60,159 nt of DNA, from assembly GCA_038231275.1 (NCBI GenBank), contig JBBRLQ010000041.1:1-60159 (forward strand), read 5' to 3'. The stretch's first letter is position 1, and each line of letters begins with the position of its first letter. Position numbers and translations under genes: made by a program. Positions 58,363 through 60,159 of this stretch are shown piece by piece. The notes beneath the pieces are model-generated. The model was not told the origin of the DNA and made no database searches. It saw only the letters and a list, made by a program, of their open reading frames with translations. Source of the stretch: Polyangiales bacterium (GTDB lineage Bacteria > Myxococcota_A > Polyangia > Polyangiales > Polyangiaceae).

Positions 58363-59955
58363 TCAGTAGGGGATGTCCTTGAAGCCCTTGGGGCCGTCGT
58401 CCTTCGTGAGCGGCGGAGGCGGAGCGGCTCCACGCCCGCCGCCGGTCGCGGGAGCACGCGCGAGCTTCACGTAGACCGGGCTGTCGCCGACCTTTATCGC
58501 GCGCTGCTCGGGCTTGAAGCCGGCGCGCGTTATCGCGAGGCGGTGCTCGCGCTCGCCTTCGGCGTCGGGTCCCTTGTAGAGGACGTCGCACGGGGTGGAG
58601 CTGCAGACTTCGACGCCGTCCTCCTTCACGCTCGCGCCGTCCGGCTCGGTGTTGATGCGCACCTTCACGAGCAGCTCGGCGGGCGGCGGGGCGGCGGTGC
58701 TCGCGGCGTTCGTCCCGATGGGGATCGGTCCGGCCGGGGGTGGAGCGACGGCGTGGACGTCGCCCCTCGGCGCGCGCGTGCGCATGACGCCCACGACGCC
58801 CAACGCCGCGGCGAAGCCCAGGCCGACGACGACCGCGGCGGCGAGCGGCGCGCGGCTCTTCGCCGGCGGCGGCACGGAGATCGACAAATACGGCATCGCG
58901 GGCGGCGTCTGCGATGGCCAAGGCGTTCCCTGCGCAGCCTGCGGCGGCGGCGGCGTGAGACGCTCGACCGCCGGCGCGACGCGCATCGCCGCCGACACGG
59001 GCGGAATGGAGGCGCTCGCGTCGGCCGACCGGACTTCCATCGTCCCCGTGTTGTTCGGCGAGATGCGCTTCAACGCCTGGAGGAGCTCGTCCATCGACGA
59101 GAACCGCTTCTCCATGTCCTTCTCGAGGCAGCGAAAAATCGCCTCTTCCATGCCAGGGCTGGGATCGACATTGGGGTTCGTCGTCCGCAGCGGCGGCACC
59201 GGCTCGTTGCACTGCGCCATGAGGATGTTGACGCTGTTGGCGCGATCGAACGGCACGCGTCCGGTGGTCATCTCGTAGAGGATGATCCCGAGCGAGTAGA
59301 TGTCGGTCCGCGCGTCGACGCGATCGCCGTTGATCTGCTCGGGCGCCATGTACTTCGGCGAGCCCATGAAGAGCCCCGTCTGCGTGATGTCCTCACCGCG
59401 CGACTCGCTCACGTTCTTCACGAGACCGAAGTCGAGCACCTTCACGAAGTCGCTCTCGTCGCCGTGCACGACGAGGAAGATGTTCGCGGGCTTCAGGTCG
59501 CGGTGGATGACGCCGTGCGCGTGGGCCTCCCGGAGGGCGCGGCAGATCTGACGGCCGATGTGCGCAGTGCGGTCCTCCGGCAGCGCGCCGCTCTCGCGGA
59601 TGGCACGGTGGAGCGTCACCCCTTCGAGGAGCTCCATCGCCATGTAGTAGATGTCGTCGTCGGTCTTGCCGTAGTCGAAGATCGTGACGGTGTTCGGGTG
59701 CGTGAGCTTGCTGGCGATGCTCGCCTCGAGGAAGAACCGCTTGTGGAACTCCGGATCGTGCTCGCCGGTGTAGTTCGTGTGAAGCACCTTGAGCGCGACC
59801 TTGCGGCCGAGCGGCGCTTGCTCGGCGCGGTACACCTTGCCCATGCCACCGCGCGCGATGAGGCCGCTGATGATGAAGCGCTCGTTGATCGTGCGCCCGA
59901 TCAACGGATCAGGAGCGCTCGACTTGGCGATTCCGGATTGGGGCCCTTCGCTCAT
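58363..59955 (-). CDS. Membrane Ser/Thr kinase with extracytoplasmic PEGA-like domain
   Basis: ARGGMGKVY, VALK, HRDLKPAN, DFG, GSPKYMAPE; TM AAAVVVGLGFAAALGVVGV; VRINTEPDGASV..STPC..RAGF. Confidence 0.92.
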   Translation of the reverse strand: MSEGPQSGIAKSSAPDPLIGRTINERFIISGLIARGGMGKVYRAEQAPLGRKVALKVLHTNYTGEHDPEFHKRFFLEASIASKLTHPNTVTIFDYGKTDDDIYYMAMELLEGVTLHRAIRESGALPEDRTAHIGRQICRALREAHAHGVIHRDLKPANIFLVVHGDESDFVKVLDFGLVKNVSESRGEDITQTGLFMGSPKYMAPEQINGDRVDARTDIYSLGIILYEMTTGRVPFDRANSVNILMAQCNEPVPPLRTTNPNVDPSPGMEEAIFRCLEKDMEKRFSSMDELLQALKRISPNNTGTMEVRSADASASIPPVSAAMRVAPAVERLTPPPPQAAQGTPWPSQTPPAMPYLSISVPPPAKSRAPLAAAVVVGLGFAAALGVVGVMRTRAPRGDVHAVAPPPAGPIPIGTNAASTAAPPPAELLVKVRINTEPDGASVKEDGVEVCSSTPCDVLYKGPDAEGEREHRLAITRAGFKPEQRAIKVGDSPVYVKLARAPATGGGRGAAPPPPLTKDDGPKGFKDIPY

Positions 59956-60159
59956 TCTTCGCGCCCCCCGACGGCGAACCGGCGTCCGGGTTCTTCGGCC
60001 TCTCCTCCGCGTAGTGTGTCGTTCGACGCTCGGGGTGTCAACGCGAGGCGCACTTCCATCTTTCGACCAAGCATGGCGAAATCCCGTAGTTTTTCCGATG
60101 TAAGGGGAAGAGTCCGGGGCCTCAACATGCGCTGTCGCCCCCAAGCGAGGCTTATTGTA

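Overview
Very GC-rich (roughly 70% by eye), gene-dense bacterial chromosome segment with about 46 CDS. The gene content points to Myxococcota, probably Polyangiales (inference): four Hanks-type Ser/Thr kinases, an FHA-sigma54 activator, a TPR-fused TonB receptor, Cys-rich lipoproteins and an AglS/ExbD-like gene. Housekeeping loci are prfB (with its +1 programmed frameshift), lysS, lolE/lolD, folP, cdaA/cdaR, a PgpH-like HD protein, ribF and an acyl-CoA dehydrogenase. Accessory loci are qNOR-nnrS, a NarL-type two-component system, a candidate lipid/sterol-modifying operon, and a 12-kb kinase/TonB-receptor/FHA-EBP cluster that may form an undescribed trans-envelope signalling relay. The operon encodes a metallophosphoesterase-X-SDR triple fusion, an alpha/beta hydrolase and a cholesterol-oxidase-like GMC enzyme. 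One pattern runs across the window: many genes have a sigma54 -24/-12 or sigma70 -10 element so close to the start codon that the mRNA would be leaderless. I saw no tRNA, rRNA, CRISPR array or mobile element. All family assignments come from motif recognition, not database searches.
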